Below are positions 42,391-53,121 of a stretch of 64,000 nt of DNA, piece after piece. The notes under the pieces were generated by a model. The model saw nothing but the letters and a program-made list of their open reading frames with translations. It did no database searches and was not told the origin of the DNA. The position numbers and the translations under genes are program-made. The DNA is from an uncultured delta proteobacterium (GTDB taxonomy: Bacteria; Desulfobacterota; Desulfomonilia; Desulfomonilales; Desulfomonilaceae), in contig CAWBKB010000003.1 in the NCBI GenBank assembly GCA_963789265.1, forward strand, positions 1,088,001 through 1,152,000. Reading direction: 5' to 3'. Positions within the stretch are counted from its first letter, which is position 1. Every line of letters starts with the position of its first letter.

Positions 42391-42864
42391 ATGGCCCAGA
42401 GATCGTTGAACAAGGTGCTTTTGCTTGGCAATCTGGGCAAGGACCCTGAGGTAAGGTATACTTCATCGGGCAGGGCCGTGGCCACTTTCACACTCGCTAC
42501 ATCGCAGCAGTGGCGCGATCAGGATGGTAATGACCAGGAAAGGACTGAGTGGCACCGCGTCGTCGCTTGGGGTCGTCTAGGCGAAATATGCGGTGAATAC
42601 CTGAGTAAAGGTAAGCAGGTGTTTATTGAAGGGCGTATCCAGAGCCGTGAATGGGAGGACCAGGAAGGCAACAAGAGAACCACGGTGGAGATCATAGCAA
42701 ATGACATGATAATGTTGGGTGGAGGGAGCTCTTACCAAAGCCGCGAACCTGGTGAAGGTCAGAGACGGCAACCCTCGTCCCAATCCCGAGGGCCGGCTCA
42801 AACCGGCAAGAAAGAAAACGGCCGATCCCAACCTCCGCCGCCGGAGGATGACATCCCCTTCTAG
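42391..42864 (+). CDS. ssb: Single-stranded DNA-binding protein
   Basis: [22 protein letters not shown]-terminal DDIPF. Confidence 0.97.
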   Translation: MAQRSLNKVLLLGNLGKDPEVRYTSSGRAVATFTLATSQQWRDQDGNDQERTEWHRVVAWGRLGEICGEYLSKGKQVFIEGRIQSREWEDQEGNKRTTVEIIANDMIMLGGGSSYQSREPGEGQRRQPSSQSRGPAQTGKKENGRSQPPPPEDDIPF

Positions 42865-42989
42865 AGACTCGGGATAATCAGTTTCCACTTGAATACCGGG
42901 CCGTTCCTGACTGGCAAGATCAGATGGTGTTGAAGGCGCGATAATATAGGTTACCCAAAACAATATTCTTTCAGCCCAAAGGAGGTTCC

Positions 42990-44921
42990 ATGCGACGAGG
43001 CATTAGCTTCACGGTGGGGATGGCGGCATTAGCCGCAGCGGTTTTCTTCTTGAGTTTCAGCCAGCCTGCATGCAAATCCTGTTGGGCCTTTAACGAGGCC
43101 CCCGGCCTGGCCAAAAAGGTTGCGTCAGGGGAGCTTCCTCCCGTTGACAAGCGCCTGCCCGCTGCGCCAGCAGTCGTGACCCCGGTTGACAGACCCGGAC
43201 ATTACGGAGGAGTCTGGAGACGTGCTTATACGGGCCTCTCCGATCTGGTCGGGCTTCGGCGTATCCTTTATGACCCACTAGTGCGATGGAGCCCTGATCT
43301 AAAGATCGTCCCCAATTTGGCTGAAAAATGGGAAGTTGACGAAACGGGGCGTACATTTACTTTTCATCTGGTGAAAGGTGTTAGGTGGTCTGACGGCGCG
43401 CCGTTTACCGCCGATGACATCATGTTTTACTTCGACGACATTGTTTTCAACAAGGAATTGACCCCCTCTATCCCTAAATGGATTGCGCCGTCCGGCAAAG
43501 CGCCCAAGGTCACGAAAATTGATGATTATACTTTTCGTATTGAGTTTAGCCAGCCGTATAGCATTTTTCTGGAGCAGTTGGCGTGTCCGCAGGGTATGGC
43601 CTTAGTTACTAACCCAAAACATTACTTGAAAAAGTTCCATAAAAAATACGCGAAACCGGAGGCACTGGAAGCCTTGATGAAGGCAAAAAGGGCCACTTCG
43701 TGGGTCAATCTCTTTCAGGACTATTCCAACCTTCAGCATGGCCTTTTCGTGGACAAGAACTTACCTTCCATTTGCGCCTGGATCGTCAAGGTGCCCGCGC
43801 CGGCGAGACGCTTCGTTTTAGTACGGAATCCCTATTACTGGAAGGTCGACACCCAAGGTAATCAGCTCCCGTACATTGATAGCATAGTGAATGATCTTCA
43901 GGCCGAACCCCAAACGATTCTGCTCAAGGCTATCGCCGGTGAGATCGACATGCAGGCCCGCCACCTGGGAGGCATGCAGAATTCCGTGCTGCTTCTCGCC
44001 AGTGAAGCTCAAGGTAAGTATAGACTGGTGCCCAAGACGAGTACGGCATCCGTGGGACTATTATTGGCGCCGAACCTGAACCACAAGAATCCGGTAATGA
44101 GAAGTATCTTGTCCGATCCCAGGTTCCGGATTGCTCTTTCTCATGCGATCAACAGGGATGAGATCAACAAGATAGTATACCGGGGTAAAGGCGATCCGCG
44201 ACAGGCTGCACCTTTAAAAGAATCCCAATATTATTCATCTTCATACGCGAAGGCTCACCTACAATATGACCCGAACAAGGCCACATCCCTTCTGGATCAA
44301 ATGGGGCTAAAGCTCGGGCCGGACGGCAAGAGGTTGCGACCTGACGGTAAGCCGCTCCAGTTGTCCTTGGATGTCATGGTAAAAATTCAGACATGGGTGG
44401 ATATGGCTGAAATCGTGGCCTCAAACCTGAAAAGCATTGGAATTGACACTGATGTGAGATCGGAAGCCCCGGAACTTTTCCGGCAACGGACACAAAACGC
44501 TCTGCACGATATAGCGTTATGGACGGGAGACGGGGGGACGGAGTGCTTGCTTGAACCGCGCTGGTACTTCCCCTATAGCAGCGAAAGCCTCAATGCTCCG
44601 TTGTACGGCCAGTGGTTCCAGAGCGGAGGCAAGAAAGGAGAAGAGCCTCCCCAGACGATCAAGGAAATGATGGATACTTATACTAAAATCCTTCGTACGA
44701 TCGCTCCGGAAAAGAAAAAGGAACTGTTCGGAAAAATCATATCCCAGGACGAAAAGAATCTGTGGGTGGTCGGTCTGGTTCACGACCCTCCCGACTATTA
44801 CGTTGTGGCGAAGAATATGTACAATATACCTAAGACGGACTTTCAGAGCTGGATTTACCCAAATCCGGGTCCGATCCATCCTGAACAATTTTCCTATACG
44901 AAGGAGACCAAGAACCCGTGA
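42990..44921 (+). CDS. Family-5 ABC substrate-binding protein (AgpA-like N-terminus)
   Basis: NEAPGLAKKVASGELPPVDKRLP, RWSDGAPFTADD, RNPYYWKVD..GNQLPYID. Confidence 0.88.
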   Translation: MRRGISFTVGMAALAAAVFFLSFSQPACKSCWAFNEAPGLAKKVASGELPPVDKRLPAAPAVVTPVDRPGHYGGVWRRAYTGLSDLVGLRRILYDPLVRWSPDLKIVPNLAEKWEVDETGRTFTFHLVKGVRWSDGAPFTADDIMFYFDDIVFNKELTPSIPKWIAPSGKAPKVTKIDDYTFRIEFSQPYSIFLEQLACPQGMALVTNPKHYLKKFHKKYAKPEALEALMKAKRATSWVNLFQDYSNLQHGLFVDKNLPSICAWIVKVPAPARRFVLVRNPYYWKVDTQGNQLPYIDSIVNDLQAEPQTILLKAIAGEIDMQARHLGGMQNSVLLLASEAQGKYRLVPKTSTASVGLLLAPNLNHKNPVMRSILSDPRFRIALSHAINRDEINKIVYRGKGDPRQAAPLKESQYYSSSYAKAHLQYDPNKATSLLDQMGLKLGPDGKRLRPDGKPLQLSLDVMVKIQTWVDMAEIVASNLKSIGIDTDVRSEAPELFRQRTQNALHDIALWTGDGGTECLLEPRWYFPYSSESLNAPLYGQWFQSGGKKGEEPPQTIKEMMDTYTKILRTIAPEKKKELFGKIISQDEKNLWVVGLVHDPPDYYVVAKNMYNIPKTDFQSWIYPNPGPIHPEQFSYTKETKNP

Positions 44922-44985
44922 ACGGGCCTTGCCGTCGGATCGAGGAGTTCTGCGGTGCACGCATTTCCCTTGAAGGAAAGCGATC

Positions 44986-45984
44986 ATGCTGAGTTACGTG
45001 ATCCGTCGCATTCTCATCATGATTCCCACGTTAGTGGCCATATCAATAATATCCTTCGCTATTATGAAATTACCGCCCGGAGATTTTCTCACCACATACG
45101 CGGCCCAGTTAGAGGCTAGTGGCGAATCAGTAGATCAAGCTGAATTGCAAGGGCTTAGACAACGCTTTGGGTTGGATCAACCGGTTTACATCCAGTACCT
45201 GCGCTGGGCATGGAACTTTCTCCATGGTGATTTCGGGCACTCGTTCGAATGGAACAAGCCGGTTAGTTCGTTGATCGCCGAGCGAATCCCTCTGACTATT
45301 TTGGTTTCTGTTGTCACCCTCCTCTTCACTTGGCTGGTCTCTATTCCGATTGGGATTTACTCGGCAGTACGTCAGTATTCGTGGGTTGACTATATTTTGA
45401 CGTTCGTGGGATTTATTGGTCTGGCGACACCAAGTTTCCTTTTCGCCTTGGTTTTGCTCTGGATTTCTTATGCTTATTTCGGCATGAGCATCGGCGGGCT
45501 GTTTTCACCCCAGTACGCGGAAGCACCTTGGAGCCTGGCAAAATTTGCTGACTTGCTTTCGCATCTCTGGATCCCTGTCATCATCGTAGGAACGGCGCAT
45601 ACGGCCAAATTCATCCGTATCATTCGCGGAAATCTCCTGGATGAGCTCAAGAAGCCTTACGTTACCGCCGCAAGAGCAAGAGGGCTTTCAGAAACTCGCT
45701 TGATCCTCAAGTACCCGGTCCGGGTTGCCATCAATCCGTTGGTAAGTACGATAGGGTGGACCTTGCCGGAACTCATCTCTGGAATCGCCATTACAGCAGT
45801 GGTGCTGAACCTCCCCACGTCCGGGCCTCTGCTTCTCAACGCTCTTTTGAGTCAAGATATGCAGCTTGCCGGAAGTTTCATTATGCTGCTCAGCTTTCTC
45901 ACCGTCGTTGGAACACTTATTTCCGATATTCTCCTGGCCTGGGTGGATCCCAGGATTCGTTTCGAGGCGCGTGAGAGTGCATGA
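44986..45984 (+). CDS. ABC permease (OppB/DppB-like)
   Basis: GLDQPVYIQY, GDFGHS, YVTAARARGL. Confidence 0.9.
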   Translation: MLSYVIRRILIMIPTLVAISIISFAIMKLPPGDFLTTYAAQLEASGESVDQAELQGLRQRFGLDQPVYIQYLRWAWNFLHGDFGHSFEWNKPVSSLIAERIPLTILVSVVTLLFTWLVSIPIGIYSAVRQYSWVDYILTFVGFIGLATPSFLFALVLLWISYAYFGMSIGGLFSPQYAEAPWSLAKFADLLSHLWIPVIIVGTAHTAKFIRIIRGNLLDELKKPYVTAARARGLSETRLILKYPVRVAINPLVSTIGWTLPELISGIAITAVVLNLPTSGPLLLNALLSQDMQLAGSFIMLLSFLTVVGTLISDILLAWVDPRIRFEARESA

Positions 45985-47088
45985 ATCAGGATCGGAGCAA
46001 GGAACACAAATATCTTGACGCCTCTATGCGGCAGCTAGTTTGGTGGCGTTACAAGAAGCATTCGTTGGCCATGATGGGCCTCTGTTGCATCTGCTTGCTC
46101 TATTTCAGTGCCGCGTTCTGCGAATTTCTTGCACCGTATAGCAAAGACAGACTAAATACTGATGCCGTCTACGCGTGTCCGTCAAAGATCAGAATATTCG
46201 ATGAGCAGGGGCGGCTCCACAGGCCCTTTGTATATGGACTTACGCCTGAGGTCAAAGCGACGTCGCTGCAACTATGCTACAGAGAAAATAAGGAGCATCG
46301 GTATGCCATTCGCTTCCTGGTAAGGGGGGACCCCTATAAGTTCTGGGGCCTTTGTAAGAGCCGGCTACACCTGTTTGGGGCGGATTCTCCCGGCAAGATC
46401 TTCCTGTTCGGAACGGACAGGATGGGGCGGGATATGTTTTCCCGCTGTCTGTACGGAAGCAGAATATCTCTTTCAATCGGGATACTGGGAGTGTTCTTGA
46501 GCCTGGTGTTAGGGCTCGTTTCTGGGCGGAATTTCCGGCTACAAAGGCGGTTGGGCGGACACCTTGATTCAGAGGGTCATTGAAGTGATCCGCTGCTTTC
46601 CGAGCATCCCCTTGTGGATGGGACTATCCGCGGCCATGCCGCCGCACTGGGGCGCATTGAAGGTATATTTTGTCATTACCATAATCTTGTCCCTCATCGG
46701 TTGGACGGACCTGGCTAGGGTAGTACGCGGGAAGCTCATAGCGCTTCGGGAGGAAGAATTTGTCCTGGCCGCTCGATTTGCAGGCGCCAGCCATGCCAGA
46801 ATAATCTTTCGGCATCTTATTCCATCGTTTACAAGTCACATCATCGTTACCGTGACCTTGGCCATCCCGAGCATGGTGCTAGGTGAGACCGCTCTCAGTT
46901 TTCTGGGAATCGGCCTGAGACCTCCGGTTACGAGCCTGGGTGTCCTGCTGAAGGAGGCTCAAAACGTTACTACTATTGCTCTTTACCCGTGGTTATTGAT
47001 TCCTGTGCTGTTCGTTATCGGGATCGTGCTTTCCTTCAATTTTGTGGGAGACGGTCTTCGAGACGCCGTAGATCCTTATTCGAGGTGA
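45981..47088 (+). CDS. ABC permease (OppC/DppC-like; apparent +1 frameshift at ~46520)
   Basis: FGTDRMGRD, G.RISL; correction restores GLVLGGISGY; FVLAARFAGA, GDGLRDAVDP. Confidence 0.88.
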
Positions 47089-48107
47089 ATCAAGTGGTTC
47101 CAATTCTGCAAGTTGAAAATCTTCGAGTTCACTTTATGTTGGATGAGGGTACAGTGCGGGCGGTTGATGGCGTGACTTTTACCCTTGAACCGGGGAAGAC
47201 TCTCGGCATTGTCGGAGAGTCCGGAAGCGGAAAGAGTGTCGTAGGCCAGGCTATATTGAGAATCGTTCCGCCTCCGGGGAGGATTGTCGATGGAAAAATC
47301 CTTCTCCGCTACGGGAACAACAGTGGTGATTTCAGTCAATTAGACCTGGTGAAGCTTGATCCTTTCGGACGCCGGGCTCGGACAATACGTGGTCATGATG
47401 TGGCGATGATCTTTCAGGAACCGATGAACTCGTTCAGCCCGCTTCATACTTTAGGAAGCCAAATTGCAGAGGCGCTTAGACTTCACACAGATATTTCCAA
47501 AAAGGAGGCTCGTAATCGGGCGACCGAAATGTTGGGAAAGGTAGGGATACCACAGCCCGAGCGCAGGATCGACTCATATCCGCACGAGTTGTCCGGCGGT
47601 ATGCGCCAAAGAGCCATGATAGCCATGGCACTGATCTGCAACCCGAGAATTCTGATCGCGGATGAGCCCACAACTGCTCTGGACGTCACCATACAGGCCC
47701 AGATCCTTGAGCTCTTGAAACAGTTGCAAGAAGAGTTCGGTATGGCAATTCTCTTCATTTCTCACAATCTTGGAGTCATTGCAGAGATCAGCCACGATGT
47801 CTTGGTAATTTACTCGGGCCGGGTGATGGAGCACGCGCCGGTGGACGTCCTGTTCAGGGAGCCACTCCATCCGTACACCAGGGCCCTTTTAAAATCCGTC
47901 CCGGGCATCGACACTCCGGTGCGGACTCAATTGGCGACAATAGAAGGCACCCTACCCGATCCTCTGGAGGAAATTAGGGGCTGCCCATTTTTCGCAAGAT
48001 GCCTCGAGTGCGGGGGCGAAACGCCTTGCCGGGACGACAAATACGGATTGACCAAGGTGGGGGAGCGTCACTATGTGTCCTGCTTGAGGCTATCCAGCGC
48101 AGCATGA
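47085..48107 (+). CDS. ABC ATPase (OppD-like)
   Basis: GESGSGKS, LSGGMRQR, DEPTTALD, HPYT, GCPF. Confidence 0.92.
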   Translation: MNQVVPILQVENLRVHFMLDEGTVRAVDGVTFTLEPGKTLGIVGESGSGKSVVGQAILRIVPPPGRIVDGKILLRYGNNSGDFSQLDLVKLDPFGRRARTIRGHDVAMIFQEPMNSFSPLHTLGSQIAEALRLHTDISKKEARNRATEMLGKVGIPQPERRIDSYPHELSGGMRQRAMIAMALICNPRILIADEPTTALDVTIQAQILELLKQLQEEFGMAILFISHNLGVIAEISHDVLVIYSGRVMEHAPVDVLFREPLHPYTRALLKSVPGIDTPVRTQLATIEGTLPDPLEEIRGCPFFARCLECGGETPCRDDKYGLTKVGERHYVSCLRLSSAA

Positions 48108-48110
48108 GGA

Positions 48111-49151
48111 TTGTTTGTGTCTGAACCGCAAGTTCTTCTTGAAGTAAAAGACCTCAAAAAATACTTCCCCATTCACAAGGGAATTTTCCGGAAGTTAGTC
48201 GGTTATGTGAAGGCCGTCGACGGCGTGACGTTCAGCGTGAACAGTGGGGAAACTCTGGGGCTGGCGGGAGAATCAGGTTGCGGGAAGACCACTGTGGGCC
48301 GGATGATCATGGGCGCTTACAAGCCGACCAGCGGGCATATTTGGTTTCAGCCGCCGAATGGAGAGCCGCGAGTAGATCTGACCAGAATCGATCCTTCGCG
48401 CATGCGGGCTCTGCGTCCTCACTTCCAGATGGTCTTTCAAGATCCGTTCGCATCTTTGAATCCTAGAATGACCATCAGGGAAATTCTTGCCGAACCTCTT
48501 CTGGTGAACAAGGTCGCACGCGGCCGTGCGCTGGAAAGCCGAGTCCGCGAACTCATAGAGCTTGTCGGCTTGAAGATTCAGCACCTTAACCGCTATCCGC
48601 ATGCTTTCTCTGGCGGCCAGCGGCAACGGATAAGCATAGCCAGAGCCCTAGCTCTATATCCCAAACTCGTGGTGGCCGACGAACCTACGTCGGCGCTGGA
48701 TGTTTCGGTCCAGGCCCAGATTGTTAATCTTGCCTTGGAGATCCAAGACCGGTTGGGTTTGGCTTATTTGTTCATTTCTCATGACTTGGGCTTGATAAGG
48801 CATTTTAGCAAGAGGATCGCAATCATGTACGTGGGGCGCATCGTGGAATACGCCCCAGCAGAGCCCCTGTTCGCGCGACCGCGTCATCCATACACGGAAG
48901 CGCTGATGTCCAATGTTCCCAGGTACTCGGCCCGAATTGATGGGACGCAAGATTGTTCTTAGGGGTGAACCCGCGGACCCAATCAACCCGCCAGCGGGAT
49001 GCCCGTTCCATCCGCGCTGTATTTACGCTGAAGATTTGTCGCGCGCGAGGTTCCACCCTTGGAGGAGGCCGAACCGGGACATTTGACGGCGTGTCATTTC
49101 AAGAATTCGCTGACTCTAACCGGGTGTGACGCGCTCGGTTGCGCTATATAA
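48111..49151 (+). CDS. ABC ATPase (OppF-like; apparent frameshifts at ~48923 and ~49040)
   Basis: [20 protein letters not shown]; shifted frames give [19 protein letters not shown] and HLTACH. Confidence 0.88.
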
Positions 49152-49227
49152 CAGTGCTATCTGTTGCTTAGAATCTTAATTTTATGGTAAAGTTCATTTG
49201 CCATGCGTTAAAACGGGAATTAAGCCG

Positions 49228-50466
49228 ATGCCGCACGAAAATGTTAAACGAATACTTGTCTACACCCATAATTCCATAGGGTTAGGGCACGCATTTCGTA
49301 CGCTGGCCGTAATTACGGGAATGAAGAAGTGGCGGCCCGACATAGATTTCTTGGTGGTGTCCAGCACTTCTGTCCCGCAGATTTTTTTCAAGGAAGGGAT
49401 TGAAGTGATCAAGCTCCCTTCAGTAAAAATTGATATCGACCAAAAAAGCAACCCCATGCGTTCACGGTATCTGACAGGCTTTGAGCTGGAGGCTATCTTC
49501 GATTTTCGCCAAAGACTTATTATGGAGAGCTTTGATTTTTTCCAACCGGATGTTTTAATTATCGAACATAATATGACGGGCCAAATGAGCGAACTGATTC
49601 CTCTGCTCATGAAGAAGTGGATGCGAAAAGGGGGGCCCGTGGATTTTGCCCTTGTCCACATTTGCAGGGGCATAATGAAGTGGGTTCCGTTGCTGAGCAT
49701 CCCTTACCAAAACCCCAGGCATAGGTCCGAATCCATTAACATAGGCGCCCTGTATGATTTTATGTACGTCTTGGAGGACCGAGAAGTTATTGATATCAAC
49801 CAACAATTCCTGGGGAATGATCCTGAATTAGAAAAGAAAATTAGGTACTTGGGAAAAATAACCAACAAGGCGTACGGTGAATTGCCGAGTCGGAGCGACG
49901 CTCTGGAACGCTTCGGGCTGCCGAACAAAAAGACCATCCTGATTTCGCTGGGTCGGAATTGTCACGTTTTTGGCCTATCGAAGCGATTTCTCGAGATCTT
50001 GGAGAGAACAGGTATCAGCGACAATTATCAGGTCGTGATGGTGATGGACCCGTATCTTGATGATGGAGCTGCTCAAGCACTGTGCGGTCACCCTTTGAGC
50101 AAAAATGTGCGGTTTCTGCCATTTGTACCGGACCTTGTGGATCTGGTCCATCACTCGGACCTGGTGATCTGCCGGGCGGGATACAATACGGTAAATGAGA
50201 TATTGCTAACAGGTACAAAGGCCATCGTCATACCCGAAAGTCATGGGGGAGGCGAACAGGAACTGCGGGCTCAAAGCATCCACGAAGAAAACATCTGCAT
50301 ATCAACGGAAGATGAGATCTTCACCAATGATCTGGAGAATCTCATCCCTGATATCCTTAATCGCCCTATATCGGGAGTCTCGTGCAAATTCGACAAATAC
50401 GCAGTAGGAAAATCCATACTGAACGACCTTGAAGACTGGAAGGCACGACCCCGCCCATGCCGTTAA
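49228..50466 (+). CDS. Predicted GT-B glycosyltransferase
   Basis: YTHNSIGLGH, DLVICRAGYNT..E, EQELRA. Confidence 0.85.
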   Translation: MPHENVKRILVYTHNSIGLGHAFRTLAVITGMKKWRPDIDFLVVSSTSVPQIFFKEGIEVIKLPSVKIDIDQKSNPMRSRYLTGFELEAIFDFRQRLIMESFDFFQPDVLIIEHNMTGQMSELIPLLMKKWMRKGGPVDFALVHICRGIMKWVPLLSIPYQNPRHRSESINIGALYDFMYVLEDREVIDINQQFLGNDPELEKKIRYLGKITNKAYGELPSRSDALERFGLPNKKTILISLGRNCHVFGLSKRFLEILERTGISDNYQVVMVMDPYLDDGAAQALCGHPLSKNVRFLPFVPDLVDLVHHSDLVICRAGYNTVNEILLTGTKAIVIPESHGGGEQELRAQSIHEENICISTEDEIFTNDLENLIPDILNRPISGVSCKFDKYAVGKSILNDLEDWKARPRPCR

Positions 50467-50491
50467 AAGATTCTGGCCGCGAAAGAGCCGG

Positions 50492-51823
50492 CTACGGATA
50501 AATCCCCCGAATCACAATTGCGTCGGAAATCCGTTGAATGGCTAGAATCTGAGCGGCTTCTCGACTTGGCACGTTGTATTGCCGCGCGCATTCCGTGACA
50601 CTCTCAAACGCCTTGAGCATCAGGTTCTGTAATTTGCGATTAATCTCCTCAACCGGCCAGAAAAACGACTGTAAATCCTGCACCCATTCAAGGTAGCTCA
50701 CTGTGACTCCTCCGGCATTACAGAGGATGTCGGGGATGATAAAGACTCCCTTGGAAATCAGGATCTCGTCCGCGTCGGGAGTGATCGGGCCGTTGGCTCC
50801 TTCGGCTATTATCTTGGCTTGAACCTTATCCGCATTTCGAGAGGTTATTTGATTCTCTATTGCCGCGGCAATCAACACGTCGCATTTCAGAGTCAGAAGC
50901 TCCTCATTTGAAATCGGGTTTGCGTTCTCAAACCCCAGCAGAGTCCCAGCTTCGCGCGCATGTCTCTCCACTGCAGTAGGATCTAAACCTGACTCTCTAA
51001 TAATTCCCCCCTTGGAGGAGGTCACCGCGATCACTTTCAGACCCATTTCTTGGGCCATACGAGCTGCTACGGAGCCAACGTTGCCGAAGCCTTGAACGGC
51101 CACAGTGGCTCCTTGAGGGTCGATGCCGTTCATTCTCAAGGCTTCGAGCATTGTGACAGCTACTCCTCGCCCGGTTGCTTCCGTCCTCCCCAGAGATCCT
51201 CCGATCTCGATGGGTTTCCCGGTAACTACTGCCGGAATCGAAAAGCCCCGATGCATCGAAAACGTGTCCATGATCCACGCCATAACCTGCGGGTTCGTGC
51301 CCACGTCAGGGGCTGGAATATCGCTTTCGGGGCCCATCATGATGCTGATCTCCGTGGCGTAACGACGGGTCAATCGCTCCAATTCACGCGAAGATAGGGC
51401 CTTCGGATCCACTACAACTCCGCCTTTGGCTCCACCGTAAGGGAGATTCATCAGGGCGCACTTCCAGGTCATCCACATTGCCAGCGCTCGGACGTCGTCC
51501 AAGGTCACCCCTGGAGCATAGCGAATCCCCCCTTTCGTGGGACCCTTGGCTACGGAATGATGAACCCGATAACCCCTGAAGACTTTAATTTCATTGTTGT
51601 CCATCAAAACGGGAAATGTCACCGAGAGTTCACGCTTGGGATACCGTAATGTTTCTGCTACACCGCTCTTTATGTCCAAATGAGCCACTGCTTTATCAAA
51701 CTGAGCCAAAGCGTTTACGTACGCGTTTTCTTCACCCATGACTCGGTTGTTTGTAAGCGATTGGGAAATCGAAAACGGGCAGGTGCCCGGGGATATCTGC
51801 GTTTGGGAATTGGTGTCGCTCAT
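50492..51823 (-). CDS. Glu/Leu/Phe/Val dehydrogenase (glutamate dehydrogenase); start uncertain
   Basis: KGGIRY, PYGGAKGG, PAPDVGT, QGFGNVG, EGANGP, NAGGV. Confidence 0.93.
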   Translation of the reverse strand: MSDTNSQTQISPGTCPFSISQSLTNNRVMGEENAYVNALAQFDKAVAHLDIKSGVAETLRYPKRELSVTFPVLMDNNEIKVFRGYRVHHSVAKGPTKGGIRYAPGVTLDDVRALAMWMTWKCALMNLPYGGAKGGVVVDPKALSSRELERLTRRYATEISIMMGPESDIPAPDVGTNPQVMAWIMDTFSMHRGFSIPAVVTGKPIEIGGSLGRTEATGRGVAVTMLEALRMNGIDPQGATVAVQGFGNVGSVAARMAQEMGLKVIAVTSSKGGIIRESGLDPTAVERHAREAGTLLGFENANPISNEELLTLKCDVLIAAAIENQITSRNADKVQAKIIAEGANGPITPDADEILISKGVFIIPDILCNAGGVTVSYLEWVQDLQSFFWPVEEINRKLQNLMLKAFESVTECARQYNVPSREAAQILAIQRISDAIVIRGIYP

Positions 51824-51909
51824 CGGAAAAATCCTCGGGATTTATATTCCATTCAATGAAGTTACTTTACATTTTGCGGCCTTGCACGCCGCCGGCCTCC
51901 GAACCAAAT

Positions 51910-52054
51910 GCAACCATTCAGTTACGAGGGGGAGTTGTCGGGTCCTTGTCATTGCGAGGAGTGAAACGACGAAGCAATCTAAGATCTTATAGGAAAAGAT
52001 TGCTTCGCTCCGCTCGCAATGACAATCTTTTGTCGCTCGTAACTGAGAGATTAC
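51910..52054. mobile_element. MITE with IS66-like ends carrying a REP-like palindrome
   Basis: GCAACCATTCAGTTACGAG...CTCGTAACTGAGAGATTAC; flanks AACCAAAT / AACCAGAC (6/8 match). Confidence 0.8.
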
Positions 52055-52096
52055 AACCAGACAGACATTTACCTTGACCACCGCTACGAGCATTGC

Positions 52097-53116
52097 CTAG
52101 CAAATCCTGGGCAACAGCTCGCCGGATGGTTCCGGAAGGATTCGCGATCCCCCGATGCGGGTCGTCATCACGACTTTTGCCGTGTTCTCGGAGGTCACTT
52201 CTCCTATGATGGCTGCTCCGCGCGCCAACGGGCAGTCTTTCAACAGCTCAAGGGCATCGGCGCCCTTCTCTTTCCCCACCACAGCCACGACTTTCCCTTC
52301 GTTGGCCGCCTGGAGAGGGTCTATGCCCAGAATCTCCGAAGCAGCCGATACCGATTCATCCACGGGGATCGCCGATTCCTCGACCACTATCCCCATCCCG
52401 GCCAGCGAAGCTACCTCATTCAGAGTGGCAGCGATCCCTCCACGGGTAGGATCCCTGAGGAACTTTAGGTTGGGGCCTAGTTCCAGCAATCTTTCCACGA
52501 TAGGCCAAATCGAGGCGGAATCTGATTGCAGATCGAAATCGAATGAGAACTCGGCCCTGCTCAGCATTACTGCGAGTCCGTGATTTCCGACAGGACCGCT
52601 CACCAGAATCAGATCCCCTTTGCCTATTCGTTTCGCAGAGGGGCACACCGATCCGTGAACCTTACCAATTCCTGAGGTATTGATGAAGATTCCATCAGCA
52701 CTCCCCTTGGGCACTACTTTTGTGTCACCTGTCACCACTTCCACTTCCGCCTGATCGGCAGCCCTTGCCACAGACTCCAGGATCAGCTCGAGCCTTTCCA
52801 TGGGGAGTCCTTCTTCCAGGATAAGACTCAGCGACAGGAAAAGCGGGCGTGCGGCCGAACATGCCAGGTCGTTGCAGGTGCCATGCACCGCTAGTGAGCC
52901 GATGTTGCCGCCGGGAAAAAAGATGGGAGATACCACGAATGAATCAGTCGTGTAGGCAATACTTTCCCCGAGACCGGACAGCACAACAGAGTCAGGCAGC
53001 CCCGCAAGTTGACCTCGGTCCAGTCTGGGCAGAATGATGTCGCGAATGAGGCGGCCGGTCATCTTGCCTCCACCTCCATGCCCAAGAAGGACTCGTCTGA
53101 TTGGCTTCTCTGACAT
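52097..53116 (-). CDS. hypE: Hydrogenase maturation protein HypE
   Basis: HGGGG, TTDSFVV, GDTKVV, RDPTRGG, C-terminal PRIC. Confidence 0.97.
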   Translation of the reverse strand: MSEKPIRRVLLGHGGGGKMTGRLIRDIILPRLDRGQLAGLPDSVVLSGLGESIAYTTDSFVVSPIFFPGGNIGSLAVHGTCNDLACSAARPLFLSLSLILEEGLPMERLELILESVARAADQAEVEVVTGDTKVVPKGSADGIFINTSGIGKVHGSVCPSAKRIGKGDLILVSGPVGNHGLAVMLSRAEFSFDFDLQSDSASIWPIVERLLELGPNLKFLRDPTRGGIAATLNEVASLAGMGIVVEESAIPVDESVSAASEILGIDPLQAANEGKVVAVVGKEKGADALELLKDCPLARGAAIIGEVTSENTAKVVMTTRIGGSRILPEPSGELLPRIC

Positions 53117-53121
53117 AGTTT

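Noticed and set aside
205..52054. Recurrent GCAATGAC/GCAATCT repeats as a CRISPR array or tRNA genes
   Set aside because: They are dispersed inverted pairs with no regular repeat-spacer structure, no cas genes and no cloverleaf.
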